A stretch of DNA of 64,000 bases from Candidatus Iainarchaeum sp. (lineage in GTDB: Archaea > Iainarchaeota > Iainarchaeia > Iainarchaeales > VGJJ01). The DNA lies in the NCBI GenBank assembly GCA_016198125.1, contig JACQJG010000009.1:5104-69103 (forward strand), in the 5' to 3' direction. Within the stretch, counting starts at the first letter, position 1. Each line of letters begins with the position of its first letter. A model generated the notes under the pieces. The model saw nothing but the letters and a program-made list of their open reading frames with translations, was not told where the DNA came from and made no database searches. This document shows, piece after piece, positions 27,609-37,172 of the stretch. Position numbers and translations under genes: made by a program.

Positions 27609-28241
27609 ATGCCAAATAAAGACAAGGCAATGACCTACACACCGGGCCGAAAAACCAGCGTGCTTGCCCGCATCATTTTAGAGAAAGAATTCAAGCGCGT
27701 CCTGGATGTAGGCTGCTCGAAAGGGTATCTTGGAGAAGAAACGCGCGCGCAAAATCCAGGCATTGAATTTGCTGGCATTGACGTTTCCAAGGAAGCGCTG
27801 GCCGAAGCAAAAAAATCAGGGTATGTGCAGACCATTCAGAAAGACCTCAATGAAGTGCCTCTTGCGTTTCCGGAATTGAAAGGCCCGTCCTTTGACTGCA
27901 TGGTTTTCGCCGACGTGCTCGAGCACACCCTTCAACCTTCGGAAGTGTTGGGCGCGTTGCTTCCGTTCCTGGAAAAAGACGGGCGCGTCTTTGTGGCATT
28001 GCCCAACGTGGCCTTTCTGCCCCTGCGCGTTAAACTTTTGCTGGGAAAATGGGATTACAAAAAGTCCGGAATTATGGACGAGTCCCATGCACGCTTTTAC
28101 AATTTAAAATCTGCGCGCGCATTGCTTGAAGAAAATGGCCTGCACACAGTTCGCATGGAGTCATTTCCCAAGCGCATTCCAAGCTGGATTTGGCCTTCCC
28201 TGTTGGCAATCACTTTTTTGTTTGAGTGCGAAAGGAAGTGA
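27609..28241 (+). CDS. Class I SAM-dependent methyltransferase
   Basis: VLDVGCSKG, FADVLEH, ALPNVA, GIMDESH.RF. Confidence 0.85.
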   Translation: MPNKDKAMTYTPGRKTSVLARIILEKEFKRVLDVGCSKGYLGEETRAQNPGIEFAGIDVSKEALAEAKKSGYVQTIQKDLNEVPLAFPELKGPSFDCMVFADVLEHTLQPSEVLGALLPFLEKDGRVFVALPNVAFLPLRVKLLLGKWDYKKSGIMDESHARFYNLKSARALLEENGLHTVRMESFPKRIPSWIWPSLLAITFLFECERK

Positions 28242-29379
28242 GCGCACGCTCATACACTTTTTCAATGCCTTCTCCCAATGCATTCAATGAATGCCTTTTT
28301 TCTGCAATGGCCCGGGCCTTTTTTTCAAGTTCAAAGCGCTTTTTTGGATGCTCCATTAAATCCAGCATAGCCTCTGCCAACGCATTTACATTATTTGGCG
28401 GAACAAGAACGGCCGCGTCTTCCACGATATTTGGAATTTCTCCGATGCGTGTGGCAATAACGGCTTTTCCGGCTGCAAGGGAGTCAATGAGAGAAGAGGA
28501 AGTGGTTGCCTCGTAAGTGAATGCGTGCACGAGGAATTGGGATGCGTTGTAGATGGATGGCGTGTCAGAATAATTCACGAGGCCCATGAAGTGCACGCTT
28601 TTTTCCAATCCAAGTTCATGCGCCAGGGCTTTCAGATACTCCAATTTGGCTCCGCCCCCGTACAATAAATAATGATAATCTGCGTGTTTGCCCAGCACTT
28701 TTTTGAATGCACGCAAAACAAGTTCAAGCGCTTGGGCGTTGGTGGCGTGCATGGGCTTCAACGATACTAAAAGGTTTGGGCCATAATTTTCAACCAGTTC
28801 TTTTTTTCCAGGACCAGGCTTGAACAATTCCAGGTCCACTGAAACCGGCAACACCATGATTTTATTTTTTTCAATGCCCCAGGGCACAAGGTAATGGTCC
28901 ACTGCATGCCGGCTCATGGAAATAAAATGGTCTGCCGGTATGCGCGGAAGCAGGGTGCGATTCAGCCAGTAAATGAGTTTGGTGTTGAGGCTGGCATTTT
29001 TTTCGCTGATGTATTCCACTCCCACCACAAGCGGAATATTCAGGGCCTTTTTTACCTTGGCGCCAACGAGTGCTGGAAAGATATCATTCTGCGCGTGCAC
29101 AAGTTTTGCGTTGAATTCTTTGGCCAAGCGGACGGCTTCGTTGGCTGTGAATACATACTCGTACTTGTGCAATGCATGATGTCCAAACGTTGGAACCATG
29201 TGCACGCGGATGTTGAATTCTTTTTCTTCCTTGGGCCAGCGCTTGCATGCAGGCGTAAATACGAGTATTTCATGACCCCTTCGGGAGAGTTCTTTGAGGA
29301 GATTGGAACAGTATACTTCTCCCCCTCCCTGGTCCCACACGTTCAGGGAATACGTGTGAGTAATGTAAAGAATGCGCAT
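28210..29379 (-). CDS. GT4 (GT-B) glycosyltransferase
   Basis: GGGE, LVHAQ, VD..LF.P, donor motif EATTSSSLIDSLAAGKAVIAT.IG. Confidence 0.85.
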   Translation of the reverse strand: MRILYITHTYSLNVWDQGGGEVYCSNLLKELSRRGHEILVFTPACKRWPKEEKEFNIRVHMVPTFGHHALHKYEYVFTANEAVRLAKEFNAKLVHAQNDIFPALVGAKVKKALNIPLVVGVEYISEKNASLNTKLIYWLNRTLLPRIPADHFISMSRHAVDHYLVPWGIEKNKIMVLPVSVDLELFKPGPGKKELVENYGPNLLVSLKPMHATNAQALELVLRAFKKVLGKHADYHYLLYGGGAKLEYLKALAHELGLEKSVHFMGLVNYSDTPSIYNASQFLVHAFTYEATTSSSLIDSLAAGKAVIATRIGEIPNIVEDAAVLVPPNNVNALAEAMLDLMEHPKKRFELEKKARAIAEKRHSLNALGEGIEKVYERALTSFRTQTKK

Positions 29380-29428
29380 ACCCGCACCAATGCAAATATT
29401 ATTAAGCGTGATTTAATAGGCTACTGGT

Positions 29429-30334
29429 ATGAAGGCAAAACGCACGCGAAGTACAGGGCAACGCGTAAAGGCCAGCATTGTTGTTGCAACAAAAAACCGG
29501 TTGCCCTTGCTGCAAAAAGGCCTTAACGCCATTCTTTCATTGAACGGCCCTTCGTGTGAAGTCCTTGTAATTGATGACGGGAGTTCTGATGAAACGTGGA
29601 ATTACTTGCAGGAGCAGGCCAGAAATCACCCCAACCTGAAGATACTGCAAAACACTTCTTCGCAAGGCCCGGCAGTGGCCCGCAACAAAGGCCTTCAACA
29701 CGCCAAAGGAGAAATTGCAATCATCATGGACGATGACTGCATTCCGTCCAAGGAATGGCTGGTACAATTAGTAGAACCTTTTGATCAAAACAAAAAGATT
29801 GCAGTCACGAGTTCTTTTGGTTATTATGGAGGCACGAGCACGGCGTACAGAATGGATGTTTTCCGCAAAATAGGATTCTTTGATGAAGCGTTTCCTGCAA
29901 ACTACCGGGAGGACACGGACACTATTTTCAAAATATTAGATGCAGGTTTTGAAGTCAAAGTCGTCAAAGCCCCGTTCGAGCACATTCACCCACCCCCAAA
30001 AGGAAAATGGAACCGAATTTCGTACATTGTCAGGCGCGTGTGGATTCACCGCTTTGACCCCCTTTTGTACAAAAAGCACCCTTCACGGGGCAAGGAATTT
30101 TTTGACGTGAAATGGGGCTTCATCCGAAATCCATTGCAGGACTTCAAGGCTGCCACAGGCCTTTGGTGGAGCAGGAAAAACTTTGTTTTGAGTTCGCCCC
30201 AGGGAATTAAATTCCTTGAAAACAAGAGCCCTGTACATGCACTCCTCATTGTACTTGCAGGAATCGCTTACATGTGGCTTGTAAAAGTGCCAAGATTGTA
30301 TGGAAGCTTTGTATATGGAAAGCTTTTACTGTAG
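29429..30334 (+). CDS. GT2 glycosyltransferase
   Basis: SIVVAT.N, IDDGSSD, ARNKG, MDDDC, REDTD. Confidence 0.88.
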   Translation: MKAKRTRSTGQRVKASIVVATKNRLPLLQKGLNAILSLNGPSCEVLVIDDGSSDETWNYLQEQARNHPNLKILQNTSSQGPAVARNKGLQHAKGEIAIIMDDDCIPSKEWLVQLVEPFDQNKKIAVTSSFGYYGGTSTAYRMDVFRKIGFFDEAFPANYREDTDTIFKILDAGFEVKVVKAPFEHIHPPPKGKWNRISYIVRRVWIHRFDPLLYKKHPSRGKEFFDVKWGFIRNPLQDFKAATGLWWSRKNFVLSSPQGIKFLENKSPVHALLIVLAGIAYMWLVKVPRLYGSFVYGKLLL

Positions 30335-30347
30335 AGTGTGAACGTGC

Positions 30348-31118
30348 ATGATTCAGCCCAAGCCTGTTGACCCGGCTATTTACTCGGAACAGTATTTCAC
30401 TGCCATGTGCGACGGGTTCAATTCCTTTGAACGAAGGGAATTGCTTGAACGGTTTAAAAAAGCCCTGCGCCTGGCAGGCCTGCAAAAAGGCCAACGCGTG
30501 TTGGACCTTGGATGCGGCAGGGGGGAATTGGTGCACGCGTGCAATGACCAAAGCAGTATTGCCGTGGGATCGGATTATGCGCCCCCTGCATTGAAATTGG
30601 CCCAAAAATTGAAGGGCGCAAAAAACCGCGTAGTGCAGGCCAATGCAAGAAAGCTGCCCTTCAAATCCAATTCATTTGACATTGTGTTCTTCCTTGAAAC
30701 GTATGAGCACCTGCATGACTGGGAGATCAGGGAAACTCTTAGTGAAGTGCGCCGCGTGCTAAAAGAGGGGGGCCGTTTGATCGTGAGCACTTCTCCCAAC
30801 GCCTGGCTGGCCAAGCCCTTGTATGGAGTGGCAGGGCTTTTTGGGATAAAGCGGGGCATTAACGAACGCGTGCACGTGAACGAGCAAAGCAGGGAAAGCC
30901 TGCATGGAACGCTCACGCGCAACGGATTTGATGCCCGGGTAGAGTTAGAGTACCAGCCGGAATGGTTTGAGGCTGCGCTTGGAGGAAAGGGGTTTAAATC
31001 GCTTGCACGCGTATTTATTGGAGTGACAAAAAGCCGTCCAATTAAATTTCTTGCCACTCACACGCCTGCGGGCTTGTTTTTATGCACGCATGTGTGGGCG
31101 CGGGCTGTAAAAAAATAA
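30348..31118 (+). CDS. Class I SAM-dependent methyltransferase
   Basis: VLDLGCGRGE, LPF....FD, EHL, RVLK.GG, HVNE. Confidence 0.85.
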   Translation: MIQPKPVDPAIYSEQYFTAMCDGFNSFERRELLERFKKALRLAGLQKGQRVLDLGCGRGELVHACNDQSSIAVGSDYAPPALKLAQKLKGAKNRVVQANARKLPFKSNSFDIVFFLETYEHLHDWEIRETLSEVRRVLKEGGRLIVSTSPNAWLAKPLYGVAGLFGIKRGINERVHVNEQSRESLHGTLTRNGFDARVELEYQPEWFEAALGGKGFKSLARVFIGVTKSRPIKFLATHTPAGLFLCTHVWARAVKK

Positions 31119-31140
31119 TGAAAGGTCATGGTTGAATGGT

Positions 31141-31590
31141 ATGGGCATTCCAAAAACAGGGGTTTCAAAGAAAGGCTTGGCCATGCATTACTCGGTGGGA
31201 GCGCTTATAAGGAAAGGTGCGCGGTACCTTCTTATTGACAGGGTAAAACCGCCTTACGGGTATGCCGGCATTGCAGGACACGTGGACGAAGGCGAAACGC
31301 CTGAACAGGCATTGGTGCGCGAGACAAAAGAAGAAAGCGGGCTTGAAGTAAGAAAATTCAACCTTCTTTACGATGAAGAACTTGATTGGAATTACTGCAG
31401 TAAAGGCATAACCGCGCACCAGTGGTATTTTTATGAGTGCAAAACAGAAGGAAAAGTGAGGCGGGATTCCAAGGAAGCAAAACAGATCGGATGGTTTGCT
31501 AAAAAGGAACTGGAAAATCTTGCACTTGAACCTGTTTGGACGTACTGGTTTCAAAAGCAAGGGCTGATAAAAAAAAGAACAAGGGGTTGA
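31141..31590 (+). CDS. NUDIX hydrolase
   Basis: Nudix box AGHVDEGETPEQALVRETKEESGL; ends 1 nt before the next ATG. Confidence 0.88.
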   Translation: MGIPKTGVSKKGLAMHYSVGALIRKGARYLLIDRVKPPYGYAGIAGHVDEGETPEQALVRETKEESGLEVRKFNLLYDEELDWNYCSKGITAHQWYFYECKTEGKVRRDSKEAKQIGWFAKKELENLALEPVWTYWFQKQGLIKKRTRG

Positions 31591-31591
31591 C

Positions 31592-32557
31592 ATGACTTAC
31601 ATCATTGAGGAAATTTTGGACACCACAAAATATGTGGTGGATAACGCCAAGCACGTTTCGATCAATGAACATAAACTCAATGACTTTTCAAAGGGGTTTA
31701 AACCGCACCAAGTAGACCATTGGATTTCTGCTGCTCCCTATAACTTGAATGGTTTGAACCCTGAACAGCGCTTTAACTTTTTGCTTCTTTTAAACTCCAT
31801 TAACTTTTCCTACTGGGGCGAACCCAAGTGGAGCATTCAATACAACAACCAATACTTTGACGGGGCTTTTGGCATGATTGCAGCCCTTGGAAAAGCCGTG
31901 GATGCTCGCATCCCAGTCTTAGATTTTTCTTATCTCGCCAAAATGAAAGAAGCAGAGTTTTCCAGCATCCTGGAAGGGAATACGCAGATTCCCTTGTTCG
32001 GGGAACGATTAACTATTGTTAGGTCACTGGGAGAAATCGTATCAAAAAAATTTCAGAACAACGCCACTGTCCTGCTTAAAGAAGCACAAGGCGATACAGG
32101 AGAGCTATTGGAGGTTCTAATCTCTCATTTTCCCTTTTTTCAGGACACCGAAATGTATAATGGAAGAAAAGTTCATTTTTACAAACGCGCGCAGTTGTTT
32201 ATTGGAGACGTTTACCAGGCTTTCAGTGAAGAAAAATGGGGGAGATTGAAGAACATTCACACGCTTACGGCATGCGCGGATTACAAAATCCCCCAAGTAC
32301 TCAGGCAGCTCGGCATATTGGAATATTCAGAGGAACTTACAAAAAAAGTGGATGCAAAAATCCAACTGCCAAAAGGCAGCCCTGAAGAGGTGGAAATCCG
32401 CGCACATACCATTTGGGCGGTTGAGAAAATAAGACAAGCGCTAAAAAAGAAGATGGATATCGACGCTATTCAGGTGGACCACTACTTATGGTTGCTGGGC
32501 CAGGACAAGAAAGGGTTGACCCGTCCCTATCATCGTACGAGGACCACCGCATATTAG
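31592..32557 (+). CDS. Queuosine 5'-phosphate N-glycosylase/hydrolase family (QNG1/DUF2419)
   Basis: NSINFSYW, IPL..ER, F.D, FYKRAQLF..D, LT..ADY.IPQVL..LG.L.Y, E.EIRA.TI.AVE, D..LW, P.H.TRT..Y. Confidence 0.88.
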   Translation: MTYIIEEILDTTKYVVDNAKHVSINEHKLNDFSKGFKPHQVDHWISAAPYNLNGLNPEQRFNFLLLLNSINFSYWGEPKWSIQYNNQYFDGAFGMIAALGKAVDARIPVLDFSYLAKMKEAEFSSILEGNTQIPLFGERLTIVRSLGEIVSKKFQNNATVLLKEAQGDTGELLEVLISHFPFFQDTEMYNGRKVHFYKRAQLFIGDVYQAFSEEKWGRLKNIHTLTACADYKIPQVLRQLGILEYSEELTKKVDAKIQLPKGSPEEVEIRAHTIWAVEKIRQALKKKMDIDAIQVDHYLWLLGQDKKGLTRPYHRTRTTAY

Positions 32558-32569
32558 AGGGAATTTAAA

Positions 32570-33469
32570 ATGGTTTCACCTGCTGGAAAAACCGAGCGTT
32601 CTTTTTTTTCTTCTCGGAAGGAAATGGCTGCGTTCAACGAAAAGCGTTTCTCGGACGACTGCGATGAGTGCTGGGCATTTGGATGGGATTGGAAGACGCA
32701 AGAAAAAGTGCACCAGATTTTGAAGTTATTACAGCCAAAACCAGGGGAAAGGGTATTGGACTTGGGGTGCGGGGGCGGAGTGTATGCCGGCAAGGTTTTT
32801 GAGGCAAGCAAGGCAATGATTTTTGGCAGTGATATTGCATGGAGTGCAACAAGAATTGCAAAGACCAATCATTCCTCGGAATTGAATTGGATTAACGCGT
32901 TTGGAGACCAACTGCCGTTCAGGAATGAATCTTTTGACAAGGTGTATGCCATTGAAGTGTTCGAGCATTTGGCTGAGCCTGAGAAGGTCATTGCAGAGAT
33001 TGCACGCATTGTAAAAAAAGGAGGCAGGGCGCTCCTCAGCAACCCTGTTTATCCTGCGCTTCCAGCGCCATGGTATCAAGTGGAAGACCCTCAAGTGCAT
33101 GGGCACATTAACTTCATGAGTGTTGCACAGTACAGGCGCGAGTTTGAAAAACACGGAATGCACGTGATTGGTGTGCGCGGGTATGGAACCATGCAGTCCC
33201 TGGTGGAAGCCCATGGAAAGGCCATTCATTTTTTCACATCTTTTTTTAGAGGAAAGAAAAATACTGCAAAAAAAAAGAGTCCATCAAACAGCCCGGTGCC
33301 CAGTGACTTGGGGCCTGCCTCACCAGCCGCCCCTACAGAGCTAAAACAATCTTTCCCAAAAAAGGCCATCAACGCGTATTATCGCGCCTTGTACAAGTTA
33401 GACTTTTCTCTGCTTGGAGGCCTGCCCATGCAGGACTCCGCATTCATGGTGTTTGAGAAGAGCAAATGA
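32570..33469 (+). CDS. Class I SAM-dependent methyltransferase
   Basis: VLDLGCGGG, LPF.NESFD, EVFEHL, HINF. Confidence 0.82.
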   Translation: MVSPAGKTERSFFSSRKEMAAFNEKRFSDDCDECWAFGWDWKTQEKVHQILKLLQPKPGERVLDLGCGGGVYAGKVFEASKAMIFGSDIAWSATRIAKTNHSSELNWINAFGDQLPFRNESFDKVYAIEVFEHLAEPEKVIAEIARIVKKGGRALLSNPVYPALPAPWYQVEDPQVHGHINFMSVAQYRREFEKHGMHVIGVRGYGTMQSLVEAHGKAIHFFTSFFRGKKNTAKKKSPSNSPVPSDLGPASPAAPTELKQSFPKKAINAYYRALYKLDFSLLGGLPMQDSAFMVFEKSK

Positions 33470-33580
33470 GGCTATCGACCCTTGTACCAACCCTTTCATG
33501 GTCGTACAAGGTATGCTTTTATAGGTGCGCGTGCCAGAATTGTTAAACCGTAACAGGCGTGGTTTTCAAAGGGATTGGGC

Positions 33581-35053
33581 ATGAAAGTATTGTTTTTGAA
33601 TCCGCCGTTTTTGCCGCGTTATTCCAGGCAAAGCCGCAGTCCATGTGTTACAAAGAGCAACACCCTGTATTACCCATATTATTTGGCGTACGCCGCTGGA
33701 TGGACGGAAAAGCACGGTTTTAACGTAAAGCTCGCAGATGCGGTGGCCAATGAATGGTCGCGCACAGAAACAGTTGAGTTTGTTAAAAGGGAAAAGCCAG
33801 AACTTACAGTCATGGACACTTCTACTCCAAGCATTGTAAACGATGTTCAAGTGGCCGAGGCCATCAAAAAGGAAGTGCCTGAAACAAAAATAATGTTGGC
33901 TGGAACGTTTCCCACCAACATGAGTGAGTACACGCTGAACATGAGCAAGGCCGTTGACTCTGTTGCTGTTGGAGAGTATGATAACACTGCATTGTTTTTG
34001 GCCCGGGCATTGGAAGACCACAAGCCTTTAGAGGAAGTTCCGGGCATTGCCTTCAAACGCGAAGACAAACTGGTAAAGGGACCGCCTGCAAAATTATTGG
34101 AAAACCTGGACGAGTTGCCGTGGGCCTCGCAGATTTACTTGAAACACTTTGGCAGGAAAGGAATTGAAAAATACTTTTATGCAAGCACCACGTGGCCTGA
34201 GATGATGATTTTGACTGCAAGGGGTTGTCCCTGGAATTGCACGTTTTGCAATATTCCCATGAAAAAATCGTACAGGCCACGAAGCACGCAGAATGTAATT
34301 GAAGAAATGCAGTTCATTCAAAGTGAAATGCCCTGGGTGAATGAAATCATGTTCGAAGATGACACGTTTGCCGCTGTACGTAAACGCACGCTTGAATTGT
34401 GCGATGCATTCATTCAAAACAGGATCCAGTTGAAGTGGAGCTGCAATGGACGCGTTACAACAGAAAACGAAGTGCTTCAAAAAATGAAGGCTGCCGGGTG
34501 CAGGCTCGTTTGCGTGGGCTTTGAAAGCGCTACGCAGGAAGTGTTGAACAACATTGAAAAAATGGTTCCCTTGCGCCGGCAGTTTGAGTTCATGGAAGAC
34601 GCGCGCAAAACCGGGCTGAAAATCAATGGGTGCTTTATCTTCGGCTTGCCCGGAGACACGCCTGAGACCATGAAGAAGACCATTGAGATGGCCAAAGAGT
34701 TAAACCCAAACAGCGCGCAATTTTATCCTTTAATGGTGTACCCTGGAAACGAAGCATACCGCTGGGCCCAACGCAATGGCCTGTTGGCCACGGAAGACTA
34801 TTCCAAATGGGTAACCCCGGAAGGACTGCATACTACAACCGTTTCAAGGCCTGGCTTGCCGGCTGATGAAGTGGTCAGGTGGTGCAACCGCGCACGGCTG
34901 GAGTTTTACACGAATCCAAAGTTCTTAAAGAAAATGGCCGTGCAGGCTGCCGCCAATCCTGTTGAAGCCGTGCGCATGGCCAAAGCGTCCAAAGTGCTGT
35001 TCAAACACCTGGCGGATTATGCCACGCGCAAAGACGCCGTTGCAAAAGGATAA
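33581..35053 (+). CDS. B12-binding-domain radical SAM enzyme (HpnJ-like subgroup suspected)
   Basis: N-terminal LNPP...TLYYPYYLAY cobalamin-type domain; RGCPWNCTFC; FEDDTF; VGFES; FIFGLPGDT. Confidence 0.85.
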   Translation: MKVLFLNPPFLPRYSRQSRSPCVTKSNTLYYPYYLAYAAGWTEKHGFNVKLADAVANEWSRTETVEFVKREKPELTVMDTSTPSIVNDVQVAEAIKKEVPETKIMLAGTFPTNMSEYTLNMSKAVDSVAVGEYDNTALFLARALEDHKPLEEVPGIAFKREDKLVKGPPAKLLENLDELPWASQIYLKHFGRKGIEKYFYASTTWPEMMILTARGCPWNCTFCNIPMKKSYRPRSTQNVIEEMQFIQSEMPWVNEIMFEDDTFAAVRKRTLELCDAFIQNRIQLKWSCNGRVTTENEVLQKMKAAGCRLVCVGFESATQEVLNNIEKMVPLRRQFEFMEDARKTGLKINGCFIFGLPGDTPETMKKTIEMAKELNPNSAQFYPLMVYPGNEAYRWAQRNGLLATEDYSKWVTPEGLHTTTVSRPGLPADEVVRWCNRARLEFYTNPKFLKKMAVQAAANPVEAVRMAKASKVLFKHLADYATRKDAVAKG

Positions 35054-35094
35054 GGCTTGCCACTGTTGAAATTTTAGAGTACGGAAAGGGTTGA

Positions 35095-36051
35095 ATGCCC
35101 ATGATTTCAGTAATCATCCCTGCGTACAACGCGGAAAAAACCATTTCAAACTGCCTGCATGCGCTTGAAGAGCAGAGCGTAAAAGAAAAATTTGAAGTCA
35201 TTATAGTAGATGACGGCAGCACAGACCGCACTGCCGAAACTGCCAAGGGCTTTAAGGGCGTACGCGTAATCCTTCAAGCCAATAAAGGCCCTGCGGGTGC
35301 ACGCAATCATGGCGCGCGCGAGGCATGTGGAGAAATCCTTGTTTTCACGGATGCGGACTGCGAGCCTGCTCCAAACTGGTTAATGGAAATGGCAAGGCCC
35401 TTGGAAGATTCTCTTGTAGGGGGCGTGCAGGGCGCCTATGCCACGCGCCAAAAAGAGGCTGTGGCGCGCCTCGTGCAATTGGAAATAGAGGAACGCTATG
35501 AGCGCATGAAAAAATCAAAGGAATTGGACTGGATTGGAACGTATGCCGCGGCATTCCGAAGAAAGGATTTCATGGAATTAAAGGGCTTTGATGAGGCATA
35601 CAAAACGTCTTCAGGTGAAGACCCTGATTTTTCATACCGCTTGCATGGAGCGGGAAAACGGCTTGCATTCAATCCGAATGCCGTTGTCTACCACACGCAT
35701 CCATGCACGTGGTCCAGGTACTTTTGGACAAAGTTCTACAGAGCGGCATGGCGCACCAAGTTGTACAAGGACCATCCGGGAAAGGCTGTGCACGACTCTT
35801 ACACGCCGCAATTACTCAAGGCCCAGATTATTTTGACTTATATTGCATTGGCCGGAGTTTTTCTTGGAAGCGGTTTTCTTGTCATTGGAGCATCAGCGGT
35901 TTTGCTTGGTTCTGGTTTTCCGTTTGCATTCTTTGTAAAGGAAAAGGAAAAAGGATTTTGGCTGGAAGCCCTTGCGCTGGTTGTAACGCGTTCATTTGCA
36001 TTCGCGTTGGGCTTGCCGTACGGCGTGCTAAAGGGGATGGTGGCCCGATGA
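35095..36051 (+). CDS. GT2 glycosyltransferase with C-terminal TM helices
   Basis: SVIIPAYN, VDDGSTD, FTDADC, GEDPD. Confidence 0.88.
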   Translation: MPMISVIIPAYNAEKTISNCLHALEEQSVKEKFEVIIVDDGSTDRTAETAKGFKGVRVILQANKGPAGARNHGAREACGEILVFTDADCEPAPNWLMEMARPLEDSLVGGVQGAYATRQKEAVARLVQLEIEERYERMKKSKELDWIGTYAAAFRRKDFMELKGFDEAYKTSSGEDPDFSYRLHGAGKRLAFNPNAVVYHTHPCTWSRYFWTKFYRAAWRTKLYKDHPGKAVHDSYTPQLLKAQIILTYIALAGVFLGSGFLVIGASAVLLGSGFPFAFFVKEKEKGFWLEALALVVTRSFAFALGLPYGVLKGMVAR

Positions 36052-37172
36052 GTGAAAAAAAATTTAAAATTGTTCACGTGCTCCACCATTTTGAACCGTG
36101 CAAAGGCGGCATTGAGAGTGTGACATTGAACCTTTGCAGGCAATTGAAAAAAAAAGGCCATTCCGTTGAAGTGGTGTGCCTGAACAAGTGCCCGCATGGA
36201 ACCAGCTCCCTGCCGCCTGAAGAAACAATTGAAGGGATTGTCGTGCACCGCGTGCCCTTTTTGGATTTGAAGTGGTACAAGTGCCCGTTCCACGTCATGG
36301 AGAAAATTCCAAGAGACGCGGACATCGTGCACGTGCATGGACTGGGTTTTTTCTCTGATTTATTGGCATGGAATAGAAAACGGTTTTCCGGAAAGCTTGT
36401 GCTTTCAACCCACGGGGGCATTTTTCATTCAAATTCCAGCGTGTTCAAACAAATGTATTTCAATTTTATTGCAAGGCGGACATTGCGCGCATTTGACAAG
36501 GTCATTGCGGTAAGCGAGCACGATGGAACGCTGTTCAAACGCATTATTCCAGTAGAAAAAATGATTGTAATTGAGAACGGAGTTGACGTGGCGCAATTCA
36601 ATCCAAACCACGAAAGGGACGAAGACGCGTTCTTGTTTGTTGGGCGCTTCTCGGAAAACAAGCGCGTGGAATTGCTTGTAGAAACGCTGTTAGAGGCATT
36701 GCCACAAGAGCCTAAAATAAAACTCTGGCTGGCAGGAATAGATTGGAATGAGGCATTAAAGCATTTGAGAGAACGCGTGCGCGCGCTGGGCATTCAACGC
36801 AGCGTGGAATTTTTTGAGAAACCATCCAATGAAAAATTGAAAACCCTTTATGAGCGCGCAGGCCATTTTGTTTCGGCTTCTGCCTATGAAGGCTTTGGCC
36901 TTTCACTCGTGGAAGGAATGGGCGCAGGATGCATTGCCATTGTTCAGGGCATTGAATCCTTTGAACGGATTTTGGACCACGAAAAAAACGGGTTCCTTGT
37001 GGACTACTCCAACCCTGAACAGGTTGCGCACGAATGGGTGCGCATACGGGACTTGGACAGAAAAAACAAGGAAGGTTTGCGCGTTGAGGCGCGCAGGCGC
37101 GCCCTGGAATTTGACTGGTCAAAAAAGGTGGGGGAATTTGAACAGGTTTACATGGAAGTGAAGGGCCCATGA
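36048..37172 (+). CDS. GT4 glycosyltransferase
   Basis: GGIE, HVHG, STHGG, NGVD, FVGR...NKR, YEGFGLSLVEGMGAG; start at the ATGA overlap 36048. Confidence 0.88.
   Translation: MSEKKFKIVHVLHHFEPCKGGIESVTLNLCRQLKKKGHSVEVVCLNKCPHGTSSLPPEETIEGIVVHRVPFLDLKWYKCPFHVMEKIPRDADIVHVHGLGFFSDLLAWNRKRFSGKLVLSTHGGIFHSNSSVFKQMYFNFIARRTLRAFDKVIAVSEHDGTLFKRIIPVEKMIVIENGVDVAQFNPNHERDEDAFLFVGRFSENKRVELLVETLLEALPQEPKIKLWLAGIDWNEALKHLRERVRALGIQRSVEFFEKPSNEKLKTLYERAGHFVSASAYEGFGLSLVEGMGAGCIAIVQGIESFERILDHEKNGFLVDYSNPEQVAHEWVRIRDLDRKNKEGLRVEARRRALEFDWSKKVGEFEQVYMEVKGP

Noticed and set aside
10292..35053. Hopanoid biosynthesis (HpnA-like and HpnJ-like genes)
   Set aside because: No squalene synthase or squalene-hopene cyclase in the window; the genes are far apart and belong to broad families.
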